From positions 94,488,001 through 94,552,000 of the forward strand of contig OZ024741.1 in the NCBI GenBank assembly GCA_964016885.1: a DNA stretch of 64,000 nt, given 5' to 3'. The translations under genes and the position numbers were made by a program. Source of the stretch: Eledone cirrhosa (Eukaryota). The notes under the pieces were generated by a model that worked only from the letters and a program-made list of their open reading frames with translations, was not told the origin of the DNA and ran no database searches. This document shows, piece by piece, positions 11,614-24,625 of this stretch. Within the stretch, counting starts at the first letter, position 1; each line of letters begins with the position of its first letter.

Positions 11614-13060
11614 TATGTGTGCGTGTGTGTGGATAAAGAGAAATATATGGCTAGAATAGATTGCATCCAATATATACAAATGGAGATTATCATATCATAA
11701 TATTAATTAATTAAATAAATATCATATAACATTTAATGATAGGTGGGTAGCCTTTTGAGCTGTATAATATGTGTCCATGGATATGACTGGTAGGAAGCAG
11801 GTAGGATGTAATCGTGATGATAATTATGATGATAACTAATACATTAATAACATGCAACAATATGTATTAAGTAGGTGTAACAACATTATGACAAATAGGT
11901 ATATATATAAATATAAATATGTATATCTTTTCCTTACCTGAGTACGGTAGCATCCTGATTAAACAGTGGTAGGTAAATCGAAGCTGAGGGTTATGAGCAA
12001 GAATATTATTGTTATTACTGTTGTTGCTGTTGTTGTTGTTGTTAGCAGTAGTAGCACTATTACTACTTCTACTACAACAACAACTACTACAACAACAACT
12101 ACTACAACAACTACTACTACTACTACTACTACGACTACAACTACTACTACTACTACTACTACTGGTAAGAGGAGTAGTAGTGATGTTTGTGAAAAGTCTT
12201 GTTACTGAACTGAACAGCGTTTTAACTGACAAACGTTACGGTGGAAGCTTGCTTGTCTAGTTAAAAACACATCTATCTGCAAGGCTGATTCAGTGCAGGA
12301 GAGCAGTTAAACCATAGATTATAGACTGGCATCACCAGCAAAGTAGGTCATAGTGATGAGATAACTAGTTTGGGAAGCGGCAATGGTTTTAAATGAGCTG
12401 GTGCGGGCCCGTGGGAGCAAGACTAACAAGCGAGGACTGCACGAATTTTACTTAAGCTGGGAACTGGTAGAATTATGTCCGGATATATCAGTCAAAGGAA
12501 ATAAAATCGTTGCAACAATTGTATGCAATGGTAGTTTAGTTTGTTAGCTGGTGGGTTGAGTGGGCTGGGCGGGTGAGATGGGTGAATGGTAAGCTAGTTA
12601 ACTGGCTGACTGGCTGGCCGAGTGACTGCTCGGCTGACTAGCAGGCAGGCTGGTTGGTTAGTCCGTCGATCAGTTGTGTTGTAAAAAGAATTGCTCTGCG
12701 GGGTGGGGACATGCAGATGAGTAATGTGGGGGTGTAACTTATCTATGAATTCGCTTCTCTTCAAGTTCTTCATACATGAACAGTGTGGGTGGTTTGTACA
12801 GACAACAAATTCTATTTTTTTCCTTCTCGTGTGTATATGTGTATATATGCGTGTGTATGTGTGTGTGTGTACGTGTCTGTATGTGTTTGCATGTGTTTTT
12901 TCATAGGGTGGCTCGATTCGATTTTTCTTTTTAAATCTTTTTATAAGAGCTGTTTAATTTTTTGATTGCGTAAATTTTCTTAGACTTTATATTTTTCAGT
13001 TTAGATGTACAGGCATTATTTTTATTTTTCAAATGAATGCACCTAATTCTACTTAACTTT

Positions 13061-13440
13061 CTGGGATTCCACATGCAGCGACACATTCTCCAGCGGCAAC
13101 CTGGTGCAGCCTGCGACTAACCCAGACTCTACTGCACTTCAGGGCGAGGACAGTAAACTCTCCAAATATGGTCGCTCTCCGACAGGTTTGCGGTCGAGCT
13201 CGTAGCAGTGGAGACTTCTAGTGTCCTTGGCCCTAGAGCCATCTCCCTACACCTCACCATCGACACAGAGTTGGCTATTCTCCGGGAAAACGCCTTCTCT
13301 ATTCTGTCCGCCGAGGCCGCGGGGCGGCCAGCGCGAGGGCCTCCATTTGCTCACAATAGTAATAGATGGGGAGAGCGGGAGAGACAAAGGTCGTGACAGT
13401 GGGAGTTTATTTCCTTTGTATTCGTACCTGGTGTATATGT
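13061..13440 (+). mobile_element. CRE-like non-LTR retrotransposon 3' fragment (RLE region)
   Basis: WDSTCSDTFSSGNLV...KLSKY...VAVETSSVLGP...LAILRENAFSILSA. Homologous to 42205-42946. A diverged copy of its 3' end lies at about 13730-13870. Confidence 0.65.
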
Positions 13441-14629
13441 ATGTGTTTCACAGATACGCATTCGAGAGAATTGTTTCTATTGCCATTCTGCTTCAATTGT
13501 ATATTTATATAATTATTTTTCGTATATTTTAATCTTCTGAATATTATTTATATAATGAATAAGACTATGCAAAAAGCCCGCACATTCAATCACACACTCT
13601 AAATCACTGGAGCTGTCGTCAATCATTTTTTAGACAAGCCAATAAACACGCATTGATATATTCGTGTACTATAACTTGAACGGAAAATCATACAACAATT
13701 TACGTTTAACATTAATCTTCACTTTCACACATATTCTCTGATATCTCTCCGCCGGCTAACGCGTAGGACCCCATTTGCTCATAAGGAAAGATGGAGAGGG
13801 CGAGAGAGATGGAGTCGACGACAGTGGGAGTTCGGGTCCTCTGTATTCGGATCTGGTGTACGCATGCTTACTGTCTTATCACACATTGGTGAAATTAAGG
13901 AAACGCGATTACAAATCGTTTTGTTTCGATTGTTATGGCTTTGTCGGATGATAGAAGGCATTTTCTATGAGATGGTTGCTGAAATCGCATACATTGCATC
14001 TAAATATCAGGTTAACCTTCGACCAAAAATCTTGGTCAAATGCTCACAACGGAGGTGAGATGTTAAGCTGGTGGTGGCTTTGTTCCCCCTCCCCCAGTCC
14101 ATATTTGTGGATTGGGTGGCGTACTATAATCGATTTAATCGAATCCATTATTGAATAATTTTTCTATTTACATTGTTCCGAAAGTGACAACGCATCTGAT
14201 TATCTAGATTTTTCATGAAAATATTTTTGTTACTAGCTATTATCGACATAGAAAGGGGATTGACAGCTTGGAAATATATAAATATACACATACGCACATA
14301 CATATATACATATATATGTTGTTGTCGCTAGTTTTGTTATTTTTGTTGTCACTGTTGCTGTCGTTGGCTTTCTCTTGTTAATGGTGGTGATATAAAATCT
14401 CCAGGTCTGAACACAGCCGCTTTCTTCCAGAGAAGGAGAGAGAGGGGAAGGGAGAGGGGAAGTGAGAAAGGTGACAAGCAGAATTTCTTTCATTCGTGAG
14501 TCAAAGTAGAGATCATCGGAATAAAGATGCGATTGATATGATGAAAATATGGAATGGATACAGATATATACAGTCTTTCTTTTATATAAGTCATTCTACC
14601 GAGAATGCTCAATACAGCCAGCACTTTTA

Positions 14630-14870
14630 AACTCTCTTAAGCTTAGTGTGGAAAAAATTTGGTTTGAACAACTTGCTTATTAGTAGTTGAAAGGAGTTCC
14701 AAAACAATGTAGTTCGCGTGAAGAAAAAACACATGAAAAGTGCTTATTATGGGCAACTTGCTGTAATGAACAGAACCTAGAAAGATGTAGTCAGACATCA
14801 GTGAGCTGCGATACAGTGTTTATAGCAGTGGAAAAGAGGTGGAGAAAAGCTACACCATATCAGTAAATTA
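14630..14870 (-). mobile_element. Old CR1/L2-like LINE 3' fragment
   Basis: Minus strand encodes FFSRTTLFWNS, similar to the FF.RT...WN.LP C-terminal motif; otherwise decayed. Confidence 0.35.
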
Positions 14871-14941
14871 GTTTATCCATAAATCACCTTGAAAACAATA
14901 TCCACCTTAATTGAAATTGAAATTGATTATGCAACCATCCA

Positions 14942-14977
<36 letters not shown>

Positions 14978-14978
14978 T

Positions 14979-15059
<81 letters not shown>

Positions 15060-15084
15060 TGGATATATATATATATATATATAT

Positions 15085-15455
15085 ATAACTGAGCAAAAAA
15101 GGAAAACGAACACAGACATATACATATATGTGTTCAAATGGTAAGGGACCAGATTCGCTAAGGTGAAAACAATACTATACAATCACCCGGGTGATTGGTA
15201 GTTACCACAATTCTGGTTTGTATTTATTTTTCTTGATTTATTCTTAAATTGAGTCTGGCAAACCCTATCGGCTGTAGTTAGTATTCTTTTCACCTTAGCG
15301 AATCTGGTCCCTTATGATTTGAACACATATATATATATGTCTGTGTTCGTTTTCCTTTTTTGCTCAGTTATATTATACGGCTCGGAAAAAACCTCTTTCC
15401 TGGAGCAAATTTATTCTAAGAGACCATTTTGAGTTTCTAACTCAATACATGCCTT

Positions 15456-15460
<5 letters not shown>
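15085..15460. repeat. Foldback element with ~94-bp inverted arms (15085-15178 / 15279-15372) between (TA)n tracts
   Basis: TATAACTGAGCAAAAAAGGAAAACGAACACAGAC...GGGACCAGATTCGCTAAGGTGAAAA and its reverse complement. Perfect palindrome CAATCACCCGGGTGATTG at 15180-15197. Confidence 0.85.
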
Positions 15461-15536
<76 letters not shown>

Positions 15537-16018
15537 TGTAAACAAACATTCGTCTCATTCTGACGTCACCAGCCCTGTTTCCGCATGTGCGTTTTATTTT
15601 CATAATCACGCATGATGTTGAACTAGCCTGCTTTTAAATTCCCTTTTTGGCATATTATAATCAGTAAGATTTTGGCTATCGTGTTGAGCTCTGCTGAGGA
15701 TCGAATTCCAACCGTGACCATCCCCACTGAAAGTTTTCGTGAAATAGTCTTTTCAAGACTATACAGAGCATTTGTAGTTTTTCCAAATTGAAGGATGAGT
15801 ATTTTAAACTTTATTTATCATGAGTTAAGGCTCTATTGATTTTCCCTTGATTTCATTAAATTCTGTTGGATGAATCTATATCCTGATTCTTTTTGAATTG
15901 AGTTTGAATTATTTTTCCCACATCTTACGTTAACTATTTTTCTATTTTGACGCTATAGTCACTTATATATTATGGAATACTGTTGGCTTCTTGCTACAAT
16001 ATTTTTATACTTTTCATT

Positions 16019-16530
<512 letters not shown>

Positions 16531-16845
16531 AAAAAATGGGGAGAAGAATACTGCAGGTTGCACATGGATAACATGTAATAAAATGAGCCCCTCATCAGTG
16601 ATTTGCCGACGATCATAGATATTTCATTGCATTAAAAATCATATACCTAACGTCGGTGCAATAATAACTAAATTAAGTTATTAGGACAATTAAAACGCGT
16701 AAAGCGAGTGAGACAAGTAAACAACAAAGAGGAGAGCTAACCGTAGAGAGGAAGGGAACAAGCTACATAGTTATTCTGTTAGCATAAGCTAGGTGAATAT
16801 ATGAGCGCTTAGAAAAAAGACCTTTCGAGATGAATCCAAATGTGA

Positions 16846-17019
16846 GAAAGAAAGAAAATGTATTCGTCGCGAACGGGGTGAAGTTCTCTCTGTTTCTCCT
16901 ACTTTCTTTCGCCCCCTCTGTCATGTCAGTTAACTCTTCCTCACACTTCCACTCACTCACTCACTGTTTCTCCCCTTCTCACTTCACCCCGTTCGCGACG
17001 AATACATTTTCTTTCTTTC
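16846..17019. mobile_element. MITE-like/foldback element with perfect 39-bp inverted repeats
   Basis: GAAAGAAAGAAAATGTATTCGTCGCGAACGGGGTGAAGT (16846-16884) and its exact reverse complement (16981-17019) around a pyrimidine-rich spacer. Confidence 0.8.
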
Positions 17020-17715
17020 ATGAGCTTCCATGCCTGGGCCAAATTTTCATCTTTGTTTGAGAGGTCCATGTTGAAGCATGGCCTCTTTTTTGCTGCTGCC
17101 GCAGCGAAAGTGTTCTTCTTGTTTTCGTTGGGGGTGTTGTTGTCGTTGTCGTTGTTCTTGTTATCACTGTCGCTGTTATCATTGTTGTCTTTGTTGCCAC
17201 CGTTGTTCTCGGTGCAGTTGGTATTGTTGCTGTTGGTGTTGTCGCTATTTGTTTTCTTGTTAGTGGTGTTGATATTGTTGTTGCATTTGTTTGTTTTTTT
17301 TGTTATCTGTATTTTAGTTGTCGCTGTTACTGTCATTTTTTTCAAAATTAGAGTTCTCATTGGTATCATTGGTGTCTTTGTTTACATTGTTTGTGGTGGT
17401 GTTTATGTTATCAATTTGTGTTAATTTTTCTGTAGCGCTCCCCTCAACTTCTACGTCGTTGTCGCACGACAGCAGACATATCGCTGGGGGGCGTGGCTCA
17501 GCCATTTTTTTTTTTTCTCCGTAAATTTTTTTAACATGTAAAAAAAGTTCAAATATTTGGGCCAAAAGGCCCAAATACTATACTTTCCCCTTCACAGGGC
17601 AAATTCTAAGGGCTTATATCCCTTACACAACAAGAAATATTTCACAACAAATAATTTTAACAGCCAAATAAAGCGACTTACTGGGAGCGAGCCAAAAAGA
17701 CGTCCGAACAGACCA
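17020..17715 (-). pseudogene. 5'UTR and ORF1 N-terminal fragment of a second L1/Tx1-like LINE
   Basis: ATG at 17505 (MAEPRPPAIC...), N/D/T-rich segment, then NTFAAAAAKKR. Same layout as the intact ORF1 (N/T/K-rich, then ISFAQKTKK). Frameshift near 17340; cut off by the 16846-17019 element. Confidence 0.5.
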
Positions 17716-17815
17716 ATAATAATAATAATAACGACAACAACAACATTAATAATATACATATATATATATACGCACACACATAAACATATCTATGCACACA
17801 CACACACGATAGCAA

Positions 17816-18799
17816 CTAACAGCGCTGCGATCGAATGTGGCTTTTTAGCCCAGCTAATGATCTAAAATGTCTTGCACAGAGTCGGCAACCAAAACATTCA
17901 CTGGGAATAGCCGGCTGTGGTTGGAGTTCATGTACTTTTGCATGTCGTTTGAGCCCTCCTGGTGATTTACATTCTCTACCACATGCTTGGCAAGCATGAT
18001 GAGTAGCATATCCAACAGCAGCCTGGTAGTCAACCACTTGTCTTACTTTATGACTGCGAAGATGACTTTCGAGTCCAGCTTTGCTGAGGCAGAGTCTCGC
18101 ACAGACGCTGCATAGGAGGACCCTCGCCGTCTGGAAGTGCAACAGCAATGCCCTTCCTCACATCCCGCTTTACTTTCTCGTATGCGATTCGAGATGCCTC
18201 AAAGGCAACTTTTCCCTCATATACAGTCTTTCTCCATTTATTACGATCAGCAGCAATATTTTCCCATGTATCAGCAGAGATGTTAGCGTCTTTCAAAGAG
18301 GCTTTTAAGGAATCCTTATACCTCTTTTTTTGGTTTATGTGGCGGTCGTTTTCCTTTAACTAACTCTCCATAAAAGAGTTGTTTTGGTATTCTCGAATCC
18401 TTCATCCTGGCAAGGTGACCAATCCAACGGAGTCGTTGCTTAAGCACAAGAGCTTCTATACTGTCACACATAGAGCTTTCCAACATCTCGACATCACTGA
18501 TGTGGTCCCTCCAGTGAACGCCATGGATCTGTCTGAGACACATCTGATGGAAACGCTCCAATTGCTTAAGGTGGTGTCGATATGTGACCCAGGTCTCGCA
18601 TGCATAAAGGAGAGAAGAGAGCACACATGCCTTGTACACCTTTACCTTTGTCTTCTTGCATATGTCTCTCCGACCCCAGAGTCCCCTTTCTAGCTTTCCG
18701 AAAACATCACTTGCTTTCCTAATCCTAAGTGAGATTTCACTGTCAAGGTTGCTGTATCGATTGACAGTGCTTCCCAGGTAGACAAACTGATCAACCACG
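17816..18799 (-). mobile_element. 5'-truncated RTE-clade LINE: RT C-terminal region plus three C2H2 fingers, frameshifted
   Basis: VDQFVYLGS, LLYACETW, LERFHQMCLR, RLRWIGHLARM..RIPKQLFYGEL, WENIAADRNKWR, CSVCARLCLSKAGLESHLRSH and two further fingers. Confidence 0.9.
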
Positions 18800-18825
18800 C
18801 CATACTTACATACCTACACACATAT

Positions 18826-19038
18826 ATGGTGGCTGCCAACTCGTTTGCGAGTACGGCCACTACTTTATATCCATGTAGGAGAACCCCTACCGATGCGCTG
18901 AACGAGTGACTTTTTAGTCCAGCCAGCGACTTGAAAACTCTGGTACAAACACTACACTTGTGACAATTATTGCTGGGCCCATGGTACCATGTGATGACAA
19001 GTGCAGAGAGATCTCCAGATATAAAGCAATGCCTGTGC
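18826..19038 (-). mobile_element. Non-autonomous RTE-derived element, subfamily 1, 5'-truncated
   Basis: Matches 10022-10246 closely; CATA-type repeats on both flanks. Confidence 0.8.
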
Positions 19039-19339
19039 ATGCATACATACATACATACATACATACATACATACATACATACATACATACATACATACAT
19101 ACATACATACATACATACATACATACATACATACATAGTCAGTCAGTCAACGCGATCAGTCGTATATTTTGGTGTGGGGGACTATTCATTAAATTTAAGA
19201 TGAATACTATCTCTGATAATAATGCCACAACTACCAGTCATGTTGAATAACTGGGTTTTCTTCTAACTATATCTACTGAAACACCTTTTATTCGAATTCG
19301 TAGAGATATCCGACTAAATACATAATTCATTTTACAAGG

Positions 19340-22300
19340 ATTCGCTACAACATCAACAATAACAACATCAGTGGAGTACCGAAGAAAAACGAGAAAGGTA
19401 AACAAAATTTATTCAGTTGTAGCTACAGAAGAAACCGAAATTATAAATCGCATTTCTTTTGGAGTTGCGAACTTAATGATGATTTATTTAATTGTTATAA
19501 AATGGCAAAAAAAAACAATCCCTCCATTGGCTATATGAACAGAATGAAGCTAACTGGGATGAAATACACCCAGAGCTAAATCACTTCACAGCGAAACAAT
19601 TACGCCAACAAGCGACGTTTGTTGAACGTAAAAAGAAGATAAATATTATTAATTGTAAGTCCCCCACAACAAACATGGAATCAACAACACGTGCTACAGG
19701 TCACCATGCTACTAGACTTCCTAGCAGCCAGGATGAACAGTGCCTTGAAACAACTATGCCTGTAAGAAACTTGACACCACGTGTACCATCTAAGTCTACC
19801 TCGAATGCTGGGGAAAACACTATCGATAATAATAATAATCGAAAACATTTGACACCACGTGTACCATCCGAGTCTACCTCGACTATTGTGGAAAATACTA
19901 TCGATAATGATAATAATCAAAAGTATAAACAATTGAAAATTTCCCTCAACGAAATCTTCCAGAGAGAAATTAATTTTCATGTATAAACATTTCTCTTGCT
20001 GAACGTTTTAAAACAAAAACATTTAATAAAAAACAAAGTAATGAATATTACGTGTTATTGACGAAATAGGGGATGGATATTTACGACGGATAAAAACCCC
20101 GACATTGTGGCAAATCAACGCCTGTTTATATGCCTTAGCAACGACAGTCAAGCATTATCTTGGTGATAGCAGAGGTATTAACAAGAACAAAACACCACCA
20201 AAAATACCATCATATATAACTAAAATAGAAAAAAAGATTGCTGACCTACGAAAAACCATAGGATATGTGAAAATGCTCCTTACATGTAAACAAACACAAA
20301 AAACTTCACTCCTTACCAACAAACAGTGAAAAATAAAATAGAGACGATGTTTGGTAACAGTAAAACCAGAACTCTTCAATATAAGCTGATCACCCTCAAA
20401 CAAGAATTGACAGCTGTTAGCGAAAAACGCCGATACCTGAAGAAGGTAGATGAAAGAATAGTGCTTAATAAAAGATTCAGACGAAACCAAACATCAGTCT
20501 ATAGAGATATGAAGGGCAAAATAATAAGTGTCACTGAGGACCCATCCGAGAAAGACATAGATTCCTTTGGGAGAAATATATGGGGTGAAAAGAAGAATTT
20601 CAACCAAGATGCAGTGTGGCTAAAAGAAATCCGAAAGAACTATTGCTCCTACACTACAACAAAACATACGAAATAAGTGAGGGCACCCTTGAGACTGTGA
20701 TAGGAAAACTCCAAGATGAGAAAACACCAGGAAGAGTCATGACTGTCGCCTACTGGTACAAAAACTAATATTCTATCGGAGGTATCTTACTGACCTCTAC
20801 CAACAAGTTCTTATACCAGAATGGTTGACATTAGCACAAACATTACTGGTCCCCAAGAACAAAGACACCCACTTGGCAAAAACTCCTAATCAACAAAACT
20901 GCGATGTCGGAGGTGCGACAATTTAGGAGGAATATGGCTACAGTCTGGCTTTCGATTCTGTTCCCCACTCTTCGATGATAGAGGCCTTCCGACTTGCTAA
21001 AGTCCCAGACATTATTATCAGAGCCATAGAGAAGCTGTCTTCTTCTTGGGCTACTATCCTAAAGTTAAAGACAGAGAAGGAGGACTCTATTTTCACGGAT
21101 AAAATAAAATTTCGCAGGGGTATATTTCAGGGTTCCGGCCTCTGTGTGATATTATTCATCCTATCATTAAACCCCTTGTCCTTTCTGTTCAAGAAATGTG
21201 AAGGATACATCATTGGCTCACAGGAGGACAGAAATACGAACCTAACCCATAATTTATTTGTGGATGATCTGAAACTCTATGCCAAGAACATGGATGGAAT
21301 GAAGAAAAATCTTGACCTGTTTACAACATTCTCAAAGGATATAGGAATGGAGTTTGACCTAGATAAATGCTCATATGTGACTGTAAAGTGGGGAAAAACA
21401 ATAACCCAATCTAGCAACATTTGTATCAATGGCCTAACTGTTTCACCAATATCTGACGTGGACTGCTACAGATACCTGGCGATAGATGATAACATATCCT
21501 ATAATGGTATCTGTAATAAGGAACGCGTAACCAGGGAATACTACACCCGATTAAGAAAGATATAATCATCGGAACTCTCTGCGCGAAACAAAACAGTGTT
21601 CACAATATGTTTGATGTGCCTGTCCTAACACCAACTTTTGGAATACTCAATTGGACGATAGACGATTGATGTCAGAACTCGAAAAATGCTAAACAACACC
21701 GGAAACTTCCACATCAACAGTGACATAGACCGCCTCTACTTGAAACGTAAGCAGGGAGACAGAGGACTAACATCAGTCCAGAAAGCATTTGAATGTCCCA
21801 TCGAAGTGTAGGAGCCCGTCTCTCGGGCAAGTCTATCTGCATGAACAGATAAGATCATGAGAGTTGTGAAGGAACTCCTCGAGAGGTATTCCGTGAGTGA
21901 TAATCAAAAACTCACACCCAGGGAAGTTGCTCAGCAGTATCGCAGTGAATCCATGGATGAAAAGCTGCATGCTTATCAGCAAAATATCATGCGTGGATAT
22001 GTTGCCAGGAAGCTCCAGAGTGAGAGTAATATAGATAAAGAAAGTAGTCTATCTTGGACCAACAACCGTTATATTGGCTCCCACTTTGAAGGACACGCTT
22101 TTGCAATCCAAGAACAGGAAATCAACACGAAATACCTGATTCCCAAAAGAGATAGGGATGCAGGCAAAACACCTAGATGTGATAACAAGTGCAGACTGCA
22201 GAATTAACATCGAAGATGTCACCCATGTCATAAGCAGCTGTCCAAGGATGTCATCGCGGTACTATCTACCTATGAGGCATAATGTAGTGGCCAAAACACT

Positions 22301-22920
22301 GTACAATGCAGTTAGTAAAAAAGATAGCCCCGATAATAAACACATTAAAAGCTACAACAATGTGGAAGACATCCATGTACATAATATGAAAGAGTACTGG
22401 TGGAATGTTCCAGTAAAAACCACAATAAAATGCAGGCATAACAGACCAGATATTATGATATGGGACAGGGAGAAGAAAACATGCACAGTAGTGGAAATTA
22501 GCTGCCCAGCAGATGCCAATATAATATCAAAGATTAGCGAAAAGGAGAACTGATGAGAAAAGGAGAACTGCCTCAAAACAAATCTTGAGAAGCTAGGCTT
22601 CACAGGAACAGAAAGAACACAACTAGTTAGGAAATTACAAGTACAATCCATAATGGAACACTAAGAATATGTAAAACATTCCCAAAATGTTGCATTTAAT
22701 AACTGCATATACATATGTACAGATACTAAACATATACGCATGCACACATACAACTCAAAACATCCACATCCACACATGCAGACATGCAGACATGCAAATA
22801 TATCTAACTAGTTGATGTGTAAATTCCAATGAGAGAGTCATGTGTCTATGTTAGAAACCGACTCTCTCTCTATTGGTAAAACTTTGTGAAATTACAAAAC
22901 CAGAAGAACATACAGATACA
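19340..22920 (+). mobile_element. Degraded, near full-length R4/Dong-like non-LTR retrotransposon (RT plus restriction-like endonuclease)
   Basis: N-terminal GYMNRMK..WDEIHPEL; RT FDSVPHS, RRGIFQG, LSLNPLS, HNLFVDDLKLY; KCRLC..EDVTHVISSC, RHN, HNRPDIMIWD, VEISCP. Many frameshifts. (CATA)n follows at 22918. Confidence 0.85.
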
Positions 22921-23059
22921 TACATACATACACACATACACACATACATACATACACACATACATACATACATACATACATACATACATACATACATACA
23001 TACATACATACATACATACATACATACATGTAATATTCTTATGGATAGATAATGAACCT

Positions 23060-23105
23060 TGTTACTCTGGAGTTTCATTCGTAATAGTCACAGGATCATC
23101 AGACA
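23060..23105 (-). ncRNA. Degenerate hammerhead-like motif
   Basis: Minus: TGT-CTGATGA-tcctgtgactattacgaat-GAAA-CTC-CA-GAG-TA-ACA. Helix III intact, stems I and II partly decayed. Confidence 0.4.
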
Positions 23106-23201
23106 TACATAAATACATGTAATAATCCACCTGCCCATACCTACATATGTATATATATACATGCATTCACATACATGCATTCATACATACACACACATAC
23201 A

Positions 23202-23292
<91 letters not shown>

Positions 23293-23555
23293 ATATATGT
23301 ACGTACGTACGTAAATGTGCAGCGAACTCCTATTTTTGTATTCTGTATAGTTATAGTTATATTAAGCGAGTGGTATGTCATTCGGTGGAAGTGTGTTTGT
23401 CTAAATAAATATGGTTACCGCGAGGAAAGAAAACGGTTCTGATGGTGACTACGATTTTTTCAGCCACCGCACATCCTCTTCGGTTACAAACAAAGAATCA
23501 ATAAACAAATAACTAAATATATATATATATATATATATAAGATTGTATGTATGTA

Positions 23556-24046
23556 TGCCGTACTAAGAGTGAGAAATGAAATTTCGTTTCATTCTATTCC
23601 ATTTATCGTTTTCGGTGTGCCCGGCCGACTGAACTCACTCGATATGCAAATTAGGCTGCTCAGCCGTTAATATGCATAAGGAAAGTATATACTTTCAGAC
23701 GTTCAACCATCTGGCAGGAAGGTATACGATGCTGACGATAGCTAATAAGCTTGAAACTAGTACATCGTTCCTGTGTCAGTGTTGAACAAAAAGGAGACGT
23801 GGTTACCTAAACACTGTACGGCGTAATTCGGGCGGTTTGTTTGTTTACAAACAAACAAACCGAGCATGTTCGGTAAACCGATACGTGCATGTATATATGT
23901 GTGCATGTATGTATATATATACATACTACTGTACGTCTGTATACATATATATATGTATGTACGTATACATACATACATACTTATATTTAAGTAAGTGCCG
24001 TACTAAGAGTGAGAAATGAAATTTCGTTTCACTCTATTCCATTTAT
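23556..24046 (+). mobile_element. Non-coding, terminally redundant element carrying a hammerhead (retrozyme-like)
   Basis: 51-bp direct repeat with 1 mismatch at 23556-23606 and 23996-24046; internal hammerhead at 23726-23768. Confidence 0.6.
23726..23768 (+). ncRNA. Minimal type I hammerhead ribozyme
   Basis: ACGATG-CTGACGA-T-AGCTaataAGCT-T-GAAA-C-TA-G-TA-CATCGT. Perfect 6-bp stem I, 4-bp stem II, palindromic ACTAGT helix III, GUA cleavage triplet. Confidence 0.8.
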
Positions 24047-24414
24047 ATATAAATAAATAATGAATAAATGAATAAAACAAAATAAATAAACAAATATATA
24101 TATATGTATATATATATATATTTATATATATATATATAAATAAATCATTAGTTGGTGTCTAAGCAGATCCACACTGGTTTCTAACGATTCTCTATTGTAC
24201 CATATACAACAGTGGTTTTTGTCTGTCTTTCAGAGTTTGTTGATTACATATAAATATAATGGGTGTGTGTGTTTGTCTGTATGTGTATATGCGGGTGCGT
24301 GCGCGTGTGTGTGTACTTTACAATTATAAAGAAAATATTTCTTTTACGTAAAGCGATTACCAGAGTTCAGTAAGAAAAAAAATGGAGGCCGAATCAAGCT
24401 TAGAGACGTAATAT

Positions 24415-24625
24415 AATTGTTTCTACTTTAGGCACAAGGCCAGAAATTTGAAGGGGGGGGATAGTCGATTAAATCGCCCCCAGTACTTACTGATGCTTTA
24501 TTTTATCGACCCCGTAAGAATGAAAGGCAAAGCTAACCTCAGCGGGATTTGACCTCAGAACGTAAAGGGCCGTAACTCTCTGTCGCGAAGCATGGGGCTC
24601 GACCCTCTACCGATAATGCCAATGA
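24415..24625 (-). mobile_element. tRNA-derived SINE, main family, full length
   Basis: TTGTTTCTACTTTAGGCACAAGGCCAG...TTTATCGACCCCGTAAGAATGAAAGGCAAAG...CCGATAATGCCAAT. Confidence 0.8.
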
